From an uncultured Gemmatimonadales bacterium (GTDB lineage: Bacteria; Gemmatimonadota; Gemmatimonadetes; Longimicrobiales; Gaopeijiaceae): DNA of 64,000 nucleotides. This document shows, piece after piece, positions 25,203-36,186 of the stretch. A model generated the notes under the pieces. The model was not told the origin of the DNA, made no database searches, and worked only from the letters and a program-made list of their open reading frames with translations. The DNA lies in contig CAWGKG010000004.1 in the NCBI GenBank assembly GCA_963823035.1, forward strand, positions 1-64,000, read 5' to 3'. Every line of letters begins with the position of its first letter. The stretch's first letter is position 1. Position numbers and translations under genes: made by a program.

Positions 25203-25538
25203 ATGTCCATCCACGGAATCGAGGGACGCGTCTTCCCCTCGGTCATTCCGGGGAGCCCCCGGGCCCGCGACACCGAGGCGTCGCAGGGCACGAGGACCGG
25301 AGAGGCGCGCGGGACGCACCCCCGCCCGCGTCCCACGGCTCGCGCCGCCCGGAGCTCGGAGACGGTTCCGGCGGAGGCACCTCCCGGGACCGACCCGGCG
25401 CTCTGGAGCGTCCTCTCGTCGGACGAGCGGGCGTTCTTCGCCCGGGCCAGGGCCATGGGCGGCGTCACCTACGGCCCGGGAACGCGTTCCCGCTCCGCGG
25501 GCGTTCCCGCCGGCGGCCGCATCGACGTGAGGGTCTGA
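25203..25538 (+). CDS. Hypothetical protein between flgC and fliE
   Basis: 111 aa, GGAGG RBS, tightly packed in the operon. Confidence 0.7.
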   Translation: MSIHGIEGRVFPSVIPGSPRARDTEASQGTRTGEARGTHPRPRPTARAARSSETVPAEAPPGTDPALWSVLSSDERAFFARARAMGGVTYGPGTRSRSAGVPAGGRIDVRV

Positions 25539-25539
25539 C

Positions 25540-25854
25540 ATGGCGGCGATCGGCGGAATCGGCAGCGGCATCGGCACGGCCGGCGTGGGGCAGGCGCAGA
25601 GCCTCCTCCGCGCGCGGCCCGGCGCTCAGGGCGGCGTCTCCTTCGCGGACACGCTCAAGAACGCGCTCGGCGAGGTCTCCTCGGCGCAGTCCGACGCCCA
25701 GGACGCGATCGGCGCCTTCCTCCGCGGCGAGCCCGTGGAGATCCACGACGTGATGGCGGCCACCGAGGAGGCCGGCATCGCGCTCGACATGCTCATCGAG
25801 GTCCGCAACAAGCTCGCCGATGCGTACCGCACGGTGATGCAGATGCAGTCCTGA
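25540..25854 (+). CDS. fliE: FliE
   Basis: SFADTLKNAL...IHDVMAATEEA...EVRNKLADAYRTVMQMQ. Confidence 0.93.
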   Translation: MAAIGGIGSGIGTAGVGQAQSLLRARPGAQGGVSFADTLKNALGEVSSAQSDAQDAIGAFLRGEPVEIHDVMAATEEAGIALDMLIEVRNKLADAYRTVMQMQS

Positions 25855-25872
25855 CGACCCCTCCCGGAAACC

Positions 25873-27369
25873 ATGAACCAGTCCCTGACCCAGTTCGTCG
25901 GCCGAGTCGGCGGGAGCCAGCGCCTGCTGGTCGCCCTGGTCGGCCTCGGAGCCTTCGCCGCCGTGTGGGGCTTCGCCCGCTGGGGCGCGTCGCCCAACTG
26001 GGTGCCCGTCGCCAACGGCCTTCCCATCGAGCGGATCGGCGAAGCCACGCAGCGCCTGGACGAGGAGGGGATCGCCTACCGCCTCGACCGCGGCGGCAGC
26101 GTGGTCTCCGTCGAGGAGCCCTCGGCCGCCCGGGCCCGCGTGGTCCTGGCCGCGGAGGGGCTGGGCGGAAGCACCCGCCGTCCGGGCTTCGAGCTCTTCG
26201 ACCAGCCGTCCTGGGGCATGACGGACTTCACGCAGCGGGTGAACTACCGGCGCGCCCTCGAAGGCGAGCTGGAGCGCACGATCGGCGCGATGCGGGACAT
26301 CGACGGAGCCCAGGTCCACCTCTCGCTCCAGGAATCGTCCTTCCTCAAGAACTCCAGCCGCCCGTCCGAGGCGTCGGTCGTGCTGCAGCTCGGCGGGGCG
26401 GGCATGGCCGAGCAGTCGACCGTGGAGGGCATCCAGTTCCTCGTGTCCAGCTCCGTCGAGGGGATGGCGCCCGAGAACGTGATGGTGCTCGACGACCGCG
26501 GCCGCCTGCTCTCCTCTCCCGACGACGACGGCGGCGTGGGGCTGTCGAACCGCCAGCTCCAGGTCCAGCGCCAGGTCGAGGGCTACCTGCAGTCGAAGGC
26601 CGAGGTGCTGGTCGAGCAGATGGTCGGGACCGGCGAACGCGACGGTGCGCGTCTCCGCGGACCTCAACTTCGACCAGATCGGCCGCACGGTGCAGGGCGT
26701 CGACCCCGACCAGCAGGTGCTGGTCTCCGAGGACAAGTCGGAGATCACCCCCGGCTCGGTCGACCAGGGCGCCGGCCTCCGTCATCGAGCAACACGGTCT
26801 ACGAGACGGCGCGCACGGTCGAGACGCTGGCCCGCGGCGGCGCGCGTCTGGAGCGGCTGACGGTGGCCGTGGTGCTCGAGCGACCGCCGCGTCGAGGCGG
26901 CGGACGGCACGTGACCTACCAGCCGCGCACGGCCCGGGAGATCCAGCAGGTCGAGTCCGTGGTCCGCAACGCGGTCGGCTTCTCGGCGGATCGCGGCGAC
27001 GAGATCTCGGTGGTGAGCGTGCCCTTCGAGGAGCCGGCGCCGCCCGCGCCCGTGGAGGAGAAGACGGACATCGCCGGGCTGGTCATGACCTTCCAGAAGC
27101 CCGTGGTCGCCGCTGGTCGGGCCTCCTGGTCGCGCTGATGATCGCCTCAAGGTCCTCGCCTCGCTGAAGGCCAGCCGGGCGGCCGCCGCATGGCCGCCGC
27201 GCTCGCCGGGGGCGGCACGACGGACGCCCTGGGCCGGCAGGACGCCCGCGGCGTCGACGCCGGAGCCGTGCCGCAGCAGATCGCCGCGCCCGTGAGGGCC
27301 ACGCCCATCGCCACCGTCGCCGACCCCGACATGACGGCCCGCGTCGTGCGTGCCTGGATGAAGGACTGA
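25873..27369 (+). CDS. fliF: MS-ring protein FliF (frameshifted)
   Basis: GFELFDQPSWGMTDF, YRRALEGELERTI, RLTVAVV, RGDEISV; ends ARVVRAWMKD*. Confidence 0.92.
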
Positions 27370-27373
27370 CGAC

Positions 27374-28409
27374 ATGGCCGGCACCGCGCTCGCACGCCGC
27401 CGCACCCCCGAGGACCTCACGGGGCGCCAGAAGGTCGCCATCCTCCTCATGGCGGTGGGGGAGGAGGCGTCCGCCGAGGTCACGAAGAACCTGGACCCGG
27501 AAGAGGTCGAGGCCATCTCCCTCGAGATCGCCAAGATGGAGCCGGGTCGACCCGCACGTGGTCGAGGCGGTCATCGAGGAGTGGCGCCACACCGAGCAGG
27601 CGGCCTTCTCCCTCGCATCCGGCGGCGTGGACTACGCCCGCCGGGTGCTGGAGAAGGCGTTCGGCCCGTCCAAGGCCGCCCAGGTGCTCAAGCGGATCGA
27701 GGCCCAGCTCCACGACCACATCTCCCTCACCCACCTGCGCAACGCCGATCCGCAGCAGCTCACGGCGATCATCCGCAACGAGCACCCCCAGACGATCGCG
27801 CTCATCCTCGCGTTCCTGGATCCCGGCCAGACGGCCGCGGTCCTGAAGGAGATCGACCCGCTGCTCGGCAGCGACATCCTCCTGCGCATCGCCCGCATGG
27901 AGAAGGTCATGCCGGACGTGCTGCGCGTCATCGAGGAGTCGGTGGGCGCCGAGACCGACCTGACCATGTCGGGTGACGGTTCGGCGGCCGGCGGCCCCGC
28001 GGCCGTGGCCGAGGTGCTCAACCTGCTGTCGGCCGGCGTCGAGAAGGACCTGCTGGACGGCGTGGCCGAGAAGGACGCGGAGCTCTCCGAGCAGATCAAG
28101 AACCTGATGTTCGTCTTCGAGGACATCGCCAAGCTCGACGACAAGGGCATCACCCGGCTGCTCCGGGACGTGGAGACGCGCGAGCTGTCGCTGGCCCTCA
28201 AGATGGCGAGCGAGGAGCTCAAGGACCGGATCCTCGGCTCGATGTCCACACGTGCGCGCGACGCGCTGATGGAGGAGATGGAGTTCCTCGGCCCGGTCCG
28301 CGTCAGCGACGTCGAGGTCGCGCAGTCCAGCATCGTGAAGATGGCGCGCGCGCTCGAGGAAGCCGGCGAGATCGTGATCGGTGGCAGCGACGACATGGTC
28401 ATCACCTGA
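27374..28409 (+). CDS. fliG: Rotor/switch protein FliG (one frameshift)
   Basis: LTGRQKVAILL, GGVDYA, EHPQTIALIL, MFVFEDI. Confidence 0.95.
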
Positions 28410-28419
28410 GGCGGGAACG

Positions 28420-29034
28420 ATGCTCGGAGACATGAACGGTCACACGCTGGCGTCGCCGTGGGAGCTCGTGGAGCTCGGGCCTGGAGGCTCGGGCTCGGGC
28501 GGCCCCGCGGAGGACCCCGCCGAGGCGCGCGAAGCCGAGCTCGAGGAGGCCTACGGGCGCGGCAGGGCGGACGGCGAGCAGGCCGCGCACGCGCGAGCCC
28601 GCCGCGAGGTGGAGAGCGCCCTCTCGGCGGCGCGCGGGGCCCTGCAGCAGGTTCGCGAGTCCCGCGACGGCTGGGGCAGGGGGCTCGAGGAGAACCTCGT
28701 CGCTCTGGCCACCGCCATCGCCCGGCACCTCGTGCAGCGCGAGCTGCGCGACGAGCCCGCGGCCTACCAGGCGCTCGTCCACGAGGCCCTCACCACCTTC
28801 CCGCCCGACCAGGCCGTGCGCGTCCGGCTCCATCCCGACGACCTCGCCGTGCTCGCCGCGCTGGGTGACGGCAAGGTGCCCGGGGACGAGGCGCACGGAG
28901 GGCGCGAGGCCCGCTGGATCGCCGATCCGGAGGTGGCGCGGGGAGGGTGCATCGTGGAGGGGCCCGACCGCATCGTGGACGGCCGCGTGGACCGGGCCCT
29001 CGAGCGCGTCTTCCGGGAGCTGACGCATGGTTGA
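28420..29034 (+). CDS. fliH: FliH
   Basis: AYGRGRADG repeat, VRLHPDD, GGCIVE; between fliG and fliI. Confidence 0.88.
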   Translation: MLGDMNGHTLASPWELVELGPGGSGSGGPAEDPAEAREAELEEAYGRGRADGEQAAHARARREVESALSAARGALQQVRESRDGWGRGLEENLVALATAIARHLVQRELRDEPAAYQALVHEALTTFPPDQAVRVRLHPDDLAVLAALGDGKVPGDEAHGGREARWIADPEVARGGCIVEGPDRIVDGRVDRALERVFRELTHG

Positions 29035-30349
29035 GACGCTGCTGGAGCGTGTGGCCTCGGTGCCGCGCTTCGCCCACTACGGGCGCGCGACGCGCGTGGT
29101 CGGCCTCGTCATCGAGGCGGTCGGCCTGGACGTGGCGAAGGGCGAGCTGTGCGAGGTGCGCAGCCTGGCCCACGACGCGTCGGTGCTCGCCGAGGTGGTG
29201 GGCTTCCACGAACGAGGCGTGCTGCTCATGCCGCTGGGCGAGGTGGAGGGGATCCACCCCGGAAGCGCTGTGGTGCCGCTGGGCCGCTCCTTCGGCGTCC
29301 AGGTGGGCCCGGGGCTGCTGGGCCGCATCCTGGACGGCCTGGGCCGGCCGATGGACGGAGCGGGCGACCTGGGACCGACGGTGTCCGTGCCCCTCTCCGC
29401 GGATCCGCCGAATCCGCTGGCCAGACGGCCGATCGACGAGCCGATGGCCACCGGCGTGCGTGCCCTGGACGGCGTGCTGACCGTGGGGCGCGGACAGCGC
29501 ATCGGGATCTTCGCGGGGAGCGGCGTGGGCAAGAGCACGCTTCTCGGGATGATCGCCCGGCACGCGCAGGCCGACGTCAACGTGATCGCCCTTCTGGGCG
29601 AGCGGGGGCGCGAGGTGCGCGACTTCATCCAGAACTCGCTCGGGCCCGAGGGGCTCGCGCGCTCGGTCCTGGTGGTCGCGACCGGCGACCAGTCCGCGCT
29701 CGTGCGGGCACGCGGAGCGCTCGTCGCCACGGCCATCGCCGAGTACTTCCGCGACCAGGGCAAGCAGGTCCTGCTCATGCTGGACTCGGTCACGCGTGTC
29801 GCCATGGCGTGGCGCGAGATCGGCCTCGCGGTGGGTGAGCCCCCGACGACACGCGGCTATCCCCCTTCGGTGTTCGCGGCGCTGCCGCGGCTCCTGGAGC
29901 GGGCGGGCAACGGCGTGCGCGGCGGCATCACCGGCATCTACACGGTCCTCGTCGAAGGCGACGACTTCAACGAGCCGGTGGCCGACCACGTGCGCGGCGT
30001 GCTCGACGGACACGTCGTCCTCAGCCGACGCCTGGCTTCGGCCGGCCATTTCCCGGCCATCGAGGTCACCGAGAGCATCAGCCGTATCCGGGACCACGTC
30101 GTGTCGGTGGACCAGCGCGACGCCGCCAACGAGGTGCTCTCGCTGGTCGCGGCGTACCGGGAGAAGGAGGACCTCATCTCGGTCGGCGCGTACCAGCCGG
30201 GAAGCGACGCCACGGTGGACACCGCCGTCGCGCTCCGCGGCCGCATCAACGACTTCCTCCGCCAGAGGCCTACCGATGTCACCGACTTCGGCGAGACGCG
30301 CGAGCATCTCCTCGCCCTGGCCGAAGCCGCGCACGGAGGCGTCGCCTGA
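29027..30349 (+). CDS. fliI: Flagellar export ATPase FliI
   Basis: FAGSGVGKS, GERGREV, MLDSVTR, GEPPTTRGYP. Confidence 0.96.
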   Translation: MVETLLERVASVPRFAHYGRATRVVGLVIEAVGLDVAKGELCEVRSLAHDASVLAEVVGFHERGVLLMPLGEVEGIHPGSAVVPLGRSFGVQVGPGLLGRILDGLGRPMDGAGDLGPTVSVPLSADPPNPLARRPIDEPMATGVRALDGVLTVGRGQRIGIFAGSGVGKSTLLGMIARHAQADVNVIALLGERGREVRDFIQNSLGPEGLARSVLVVATGDQSALVRARGALVATAIAEYFRDQGKQVLLMLDSVTRVAMAWREIGLAVGEPPTTRGYPPSVFAALPRLLERAGNGVRGGITGIYTVLVEGDDFNEPVADHVRGVLDGHVVLSRRLASAGHFPAIEVTESISRIRDHVVSVDQRDAANEVLSLVAAYREKEDLISVGAYQPGSDATVDTAVALRGRINDFLRQRPTDVTDFGETREHLLALAEAAHGGVA

Positions 30350-30816
30350 TGGCCGCCTTCCGCTTCAGGCTCCAGCCGGTGCTCGACCTGCGTGCGCAGG
30401 AGGAGCGGCAGTCGGCCCAGGGACTCGCCATGGCCCGCGTCGAGGCCGACGAGGCCCGCCGCGCCCGCGAGGACCTCGAGTCGCTGCGCGAGGCCGGCCG
30501 CGTCAGGCTCGCCCAGGCGCACGGCAGCGGCGGGCCGGTGGGACATCTGCAGAACCTCGCCATGGTGGTCGGCTCCGTCGACGCGCACGTCGAGGCGGCC
30601 CACGACCAGTGCCGCGTGGCCGACGAGCGCGTGGTGGAGTCCGTGAAGGCCTTCCGTGAGGCGTTCCGCCAGCGCCGGAGCATCGACCAGCTCCGCGAGC
30701 GCCGCCTCGAGGAGTGGCGAACCGAACAGAACCGCACCGAACAGAAGACCATGGACGAGGTCGCCCTGACCCGACACGGGAAGGGGCTGACGGCGGCCAC
30801 CGGGGAGACGAGATGA
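30349..30816 (+). CDS. fliJ: FliJ
   Basis: FRFRLQPVLDLR...EQKTMDE coiled coil after fliI. Confidence 0.9.
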   Translation: MAAFRFRLQPVLDLRAQEERQSAQGLAMARVEADEARRAREDLESLREAGRVRLAQAHGSGGPVGHLQNLAMVVGSVDAHVEAAHDQCRVADERVVESVKAFREAFRQRRSIDQLRERRLEEWRTEQNRTEQKTMDEVALTRHGKGLTAATGETR

Positions 30817-31425
30817 AGATCACGCTGCTGGCTGCCATCGGTCTCGGCGCAGGACTGTTCGCGGGAAGCGCCGTGGGCGCCGTGCGCACGAAGCGGGAGA
30901 ACCTCGCCGCGCAGGACACGGTCACCGTCAGCCGTGCCCGCGAAGGCCGAGCACGCGGCTGCAGAACCGGAGCAGGGTGCCGCCGAGACCGTGACGCTCC
31001 CTGCCGCTACCGAACACGCGCCCGACACGGCGGATGTACCCACGACGACCGCCGCCGCGAACGCCGCGGAGGGCGACGCCCACGAGGATGCCCGGCCGGC
31101 ACCGACGGCAGAGGTCGCCGCCCCCGAGGGAGAAACGGCCGCGACGCCCGTCGAGGCCTCGAAGCCCGCCCCGACCGATACGGGGGGCGCGGATTCCCTC
31201 TCCGCCCTGAATCCGGACGGCGCGAAGAAGCTCGCCAAGATCTTCAGCGCCATGAAAGCGCCGGCCGCGGCCGCCGTTCTGGTCGAGATGTCGGACGCGG
31301 AGGTCACGGCGATCCTGCTGCGCATGAGCGACCGTCAGGCGGGCCCGATCGTGGGAGCGTTTCCCCCGGATCGTGCCGCCTCCCTGGGACGTGTCGTACT
31401 GAGAGGGCAGGAGGGTGGATCATGA
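30813..31425 (+). CDS. MotE/FlbB-like (MgtE N-terminal-like) flagellar protein (frameshift ~30935)
   Basis: N-terminal TM; KLAKIFSAMKAPAAAAVLVEMSDAEVTAILLRMSDRQAGPI. Confidence 0.78.
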
Positions 31426-33377
31426 TCCCGTCCACAACCCCCGCCGGCCTCTTCAACCTGGGCCGCGTCGAAGCCGACGCAGCGGTCGCGCGTGACGCGG
31501 CCGCCCCGGGAGACGCCGTCCCCCAGGGAAACGGCGCGCTGAGCTTCGCCTCGCTCCTGATGGCCCTCCTGGGTGGGGGCGCGGAGACGCCGGCGCAGGC
31601 GCCGAACGGCGCCGTGGATGCCGGCGAAGGCGTCTCCGAGGGGACGGAAGCGGGGAGCGAAGCCGGTCAGGTCCCGACCGAGGGGACGCAGGGAAGCGCC
31701 GTGGGGGCCGTGGGTGTCATGGGTGCCGGGGGTGCCGAGGGTGTCCTGGGCGAGTCGGGTGCGTCGGGTCGCGGGGCCCCGATGCCGTCGGCCGGGGGCG
31801 CCCTGTCCGGCGTCGGCACAGAAACAGAGGACGAGACGACCGACGCCACCCGCGACCGAGCGGGACGCGGAAGCCTCCGCGGCCTCCGACACCGACCGTC
31901 GCCGGGGCTCTGAGCCGGGACCGGTCGCCAGCCGGCACGCCGTCAGCCTGAAGCGGGCCGAGCCCGCGACCGACCGCCAGGGGGACGCGAGCCGGCTGGC
32001 CGCCGGCGTCGCGTCGACACCGACTTGGCCGGCGGAGACCGCACGGACACGGCCGTCCGCGAGGCCTCGAGAAGGCGCGGGTCGTCCGCCCCCGAGAAGG
32101 GGGCCGAAGCGCCCTTCGGGTCCGCCACGACGGCAGCCTCCACGGTCGCCGCCACCCCGGCCGCGACGATGGCGTGCCGGCGCAGCCGCGCGCGACCTTG
32201 CGGACGCCCGATCGGGCGATGTCGCACCTGGATCCGGAGATGCGGGAGAAGGTGCAGCGGGTGATCGAGCGCATGGCCTCGGAGCACGGCAGCGACGTCG
32301 TCCTCCTCGAGGGGATGCGCACCCCGGAGCGGCAGTCCTGGCTCTACGGGCAGGGGCGGACCCGTCCTGGCCCGGTGGTGACCTGGACCACGAACTCGAT
32401 GCACAGCAAGGGCCTCGCCGCCGACCTGAAGGTGAAGGATCCCGGTGGCGAGACGCGGCCGTACGAAGTGCTGCAGCAGGTCGCCACCGAAGAGGGGCTG
32501 AACGTGCTCGGGATGAAGGACCCCGGCCACGTGGAGCTCCGTGCGGAGGGCTCCGTGCGCGCGCGCGGCGCGGAGGAGCCGGTGTCTCCGACGACCTCGC
32601 CGCGCGTCGCGACGGCTCGGGTCGCCACGCCGGCGGCCTGCGGCACGCGCGGCGTCCGCGGCTCAGGTGGCGCGCCCCGCCCAGGTGGCGGCCCGCGTCG
32701 CTCCAACCGCCCACGCCGCCACCACCGCCTATGCGCACGCCGCCACGAGCGCGGCCGGCCGGGCCGCGCCCCGTGCGGAAGAGAAGCCCGCGGATCGCGG
32801 CCACGAGGAAGCGGCGGCGTCCGCCCAGCAGCCCCGCCCCGCACCGCCTCAGGGCGGTGTGCAGGAGGTCGCCGGGCCGAGCGCGACGGCTCCGGCCCGG
32901 CCGCTCGAGCGGATCGAGCGCATGGTCGAGGCGATGGAGGCGCGCGACGCGACCCTCGGGCCCGGAGCGCGCCGCGTCTCGGTGCGCCTCGACGGCACCG
33001 CGGGGCCGGTGCAGCGGGTCCAGGTCCAGATGCTGGACCGGGCGCTCCGCTCCACGGTCACCGTGGACGACGCCCAGCTCGCCGCACGCCTGAAGGACAG
33101 CACCTCGGAGCTCCTGCGGACGCTGGAGCGGGGCGGCTACGAAGCCCGCTCCATCGACGTGAAGAACACGGCGCGGGTCCAGGGCACGCACGAGGTGCTC
33201 GGGGTCGCAGCGCGCTCGGAGAACGTGACCGAGGCCGTACGGACGCTCTTCGCGTCCGACCACGGTGCGGGACGCGACGGACGGGACGGAAAGGGCGGCC
33301 GTGAGGGGAGCGATCCCCACCGGCAGGACGGCCCGGCCCACCACTCGAGAAGGGACAACAGGAGGAAGGACCGATGA
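31422..33377 (+). CDS. fliK: FliK-like hook-length control protein with internal M15 peptidase domain (frameshifted)
   Basis: Directly before flgD; N-terminal SFASLL, Ala/Gly/Thr-rich linkers, M15 motifs at ~32219-32545, and a FliK-type C-terminus (VSVRLD...VQVQM...L.RTLERGGY...IDV). Confidence 0.7.
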
Positions 33378-34054
33378 TGACCGACGCGCTGGTCGGGGCG
33401 ACCGCTTCCGCGGCGACGCAGAGCGCTGCCGCGACGTCACCCGGCGGAGCGATGGGCAAGGACGAGTTCCTCAAGCTCCTCGTGGCCCAGCTCAAGAACC
33501 AGGACCCCATGAACCCGAGTCGGCCGGAGGAGTTCGCGGCCCAGCTCGCGCAGTTCTCGAGCGTCGAGCAACTGCTCAACATCAACCAAAGCATGGCCTC
33601 GCAGGCGGAGGCCAGCCAGGCGATGGCGCAGGCGCTGAACAACAGCTCAGCGGCCAATCTCCTGGGCAAGGACGTGCTCGCCCTCGGCGACGGTGTCCGG
33701 GTGACCGGCACCGGTGACGAGAGCGTCACGGTCGGCGTGGATGGAACCGGAGGCGTCGCGACGTTGACGATCTTCGACGCCGACGGAAACAAGGTCGGAT
33801 CTCGCGAGGTGGGCGCCATCGGGGGCGGTCGCCAGGAGATCGAGCTCGGAGAAGCGGCCGAGGGCCTCGCGCCCGGAGCCTACACCTACGAGCTGACCGT
33901 CAAGGGCGCGACTGGCGAGTCCGTCCAGGTCCGGACCTACCAACGGGCCGTCGTCGACGGCCTGCGTTACGGTCCCCAGGGCACGATCCTGCTGTCGGGG
34001 GGCCTCGAGATCCCGCTTGCGGATGTCGTCGAACTCATCTCGCGAACGGATTGA
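33374..34054 (+). CDS. flgD: Hook cap FlgD
   Basis: [22 protein letters not shown]...[11 protein letters not shown]. Confidence 0.95.
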   Translation: MMTDALVGATASAATQSAAATSPGGAMGKDEFLKLLVAQLKNQDPMNPSRPEEFAAQLAQFSSVEQLLNINQSMASQAEASQAMAQALNNSSAANLLGKDVLALGDGVRVTGTGDESVTVGVDGTGGVATLTIFDADGNKVGSREVGAIGGGRQEIELGEAAEGLAPGAYTYELTVKGATGESVQVRTYQRAVVDGLRYGPQGTILLSGGLEIPLADVVELISRTD

Positions 34055-34076
34055 TCTCAACAAGGAGTAGTACACC

Positions 34077-35336
34077 ATGATGCGGTCCCTTTTCGCCGGT
34101 GTGTCCGGCCTCCGGAACCATCAGATCCGGATGGACGTCATCGGCAACAACATCGCGAACGTGAACACGGTCGGGTACAAGTCCAGCCGGGTCACGTTCA
34201 AAGAAGGCTTCGCCCAGCTGCTGCAGGGTGCGAGCCGTCCGCCAGGGGACTCGGGCAACGTCTCCGGTGGTGTGAACCCGGTCCAGGTGGGCCTGGGCAT
34301 GAGCATCGGCTCCATCGACCTGTTGTTCACGCAGGGGAACCTCGAGGCGACGGGTGTGACCACGGACCTGGCCATCCAGGGCGACGCGTTCTTCGTCTGC
34401 TCGGACGGGACGCAGAACTACTACACGCGCTCGGGCAACTTCCAGCTCGACGCGAACGGCAAGCTCGTGGCCTCCACCAACGGCTTCACGGTACAGGGCA
34501 AGCTGGCGGTGGACGGTACCCTCACCGACACGATCCAGGACATCAAGCTGCCCTTCGGGCAGAAGTCGGCGGCGAGGGCCACCGAGAACGTGTCCCTGGC
34601 GGGCAATCTCGACGCGACCGCCGCGACCGGCGACACGCGCGAGACCACGATCACGGTCTACGACGCGATGGGCGCGCCGACCGAGATCACGATCACCTTC
34701 ACCAAGAGCGCCACGCCACGCGAGTGGGACTACTCCGTGGACGCGGCGGGCGTCGACCCGTTGGACTACGTCGGCGGCGCCACCGGCACGCTCACTTTCG
34801 ACACCGAGGGCCGCCTGGCGGACCCGGTCCCGACCACGCCCTTCGAGTTCCCGCCGGCTTCCGGCGCCAACAACGTGTCGATGACGATCGACTTCGGCAC
34901 GGCCGGCTCGGTCGTGGGGATCTCGCAGTTCGCAGCGCCGTCGACGGCGGTGCTGAAGGGGCAGGACGGCTACACCATGGGTGACCTGGAGCGGTTCAGC
35001 ATCGATCAGTCGGGTCTGGTGACCGGCGCCTTCACGAACGGCGTGACGGAGACGCTGGGTCAGATCGTGCTGGCCGACTTCAACAACCCCGCAGGCCTCC
35101 TGCGGGACGGCGACAACATGTACCAGGTGTCGGCCAACTCGGGCTCCCCGGTCCTCGGCTTCGTGGACGAGGGGAGCCAGTCCACCATCACGTCGGGCGC
35201 GCTCGAGATGTCGAACGTCGACCTGGCGCAGGAGTTCACGAGCATGATCACCGCGCAGCGCGGCTTCCAGTCGAACGCGCGCGTGATCACGACCTCCGAC
35301 GAGATGCTCCAGGAGGTCGTCTCGCTGAAGCGGTAA
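34077..35336 (+). CDS. flgE: Hook protein FlgE
   Basis: GNNIANVNTVGYK...LEMSNVDLAQEFTSMITAQRGFQSNAR. Confidence 0.96.
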   Translation: MMRSLFAGVSGLRNHQIRMDVIGNNIANVNTVGYKSSRVTFKEGFAQLLQGASRPPGDSGNVSGGVNPVQVGLGMSIGSIDLLFTQGNLEATGVTTDLAIQGDAFFVCSDGTQNYYTRSGNFQLDANGKLVASTNGFTVQGKLAVDGTLTDTIQDIKLPFGQKSAARATENVSLAGNLDATAATGDTRETTITVYDAMGAPTEITITFTKSATPREWDYSVDAAGVDPLDYVGGATGTLTFDTEGRLADPVPTTPFEFPPASGANNVSMTIDFGTAGSVVGISQFAAPSTAVLKGQDGYTMGDLERFSIDQSGLVTGAFTNGVTETLGQIVLADFNNPAGLLRDGDNMYQVSANSGSPVLGFVDEGSQSTITSGALEMSNVDLAQEFTSMITAQRGFQSNARVITTSDEMLQEVVSLKR

Positions 35337-35439
35337 TCGCCTTACGAGAACGGGCCGCGCCACGGCGCGGTAGCGGGCGGCTCGCCGTACCGCGTAGGCC
35401 CTCGCCCCGGGCCTCCGGGGCGGGGGCCGTCCTGTTGCC

Positions 35440-35611
35440 CGGCAATTCCGGCCGCCCCGGCCCGGAAGGGCTTTCCGGTCGAGGAGGCGGCCACCGTTCG
35501 GGTTGGACTTCCGGAGATCCGGGGAGGGTCGTATAACACGTTGTCAAGACATCACTTACGAGAATAGGGCAAGGTCCCGTTGTCGCGGCTCCCGCGTGGT
35601 ACGGCCCATGC
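35440..35611 (+). promoter_or_regulatory. sigma54 promoter with enhancer pair and IHF-like site, upstream of fliL
   Basis: CGGAAGGGCTTTCCG at 35463, 25-mer at 35534-35558, TGGTACGGCCCATGC at 35597-35611. Confidence 0.75.
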
Positions 35612-35664
35612 CATGAGACACCCCGACGAGGCATAGATGCTCACCGGACCCGTGGAGCCGGCGG

Positions 35665-36184
35665 ATGGAAGAGAAAGAGGCAGATCGAGGGCCAGGCGGA
35701 AGAGACCACGAAGAAGGGTGGTTTCATCCCCCTCGTCGCGGTGCTCGTCCTCAGCCTGGGTGGCGGAGGCGCGATCGGCCTGACGGCCATCGGGCCTCGG
35801 GTCGGCGTGATGCTCGCCGCCCGATCGACCGCGGTCCCGGAGGCGAAGGCCGCACACGGAGGCGGTCACGGCGAGGGGGAGACCGCCCCCCTGCACGTCG
35901 TCGACAACCTGGTGGTCAATCCCGCGGGCTCCGGGGGATCGCGCTTCCTCCTGACCAGCATCGCGCTGGAAACCGTCTCCCCGGCAGCGGCCGAGGGCCT
36001 CAAGGTGCGCGATCTGGAGATCCGGGACGCGTTCCTGATGGTGCTCGGCGCCAAGACGGTCGACCAGCTGTCGGACATCTCCCGTCGGCCCGCCCTCGCC
36101 CGCGAGCTCCTCGCATCGGTACAGGAGCTGGTGGGCGCTGGGATCGTCATCCGCATCCTCATCCCTCAGTTCGTGATCCAGTAG
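35665..36184 (+). CDS. fliL: FliL (frameshift near the start)
   Basis: TM then NLVVNPAGSGGSRFL...EIRDA...QFVIQ*. Confidence 0.88.
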
Positions 36185-36186
36185 CC

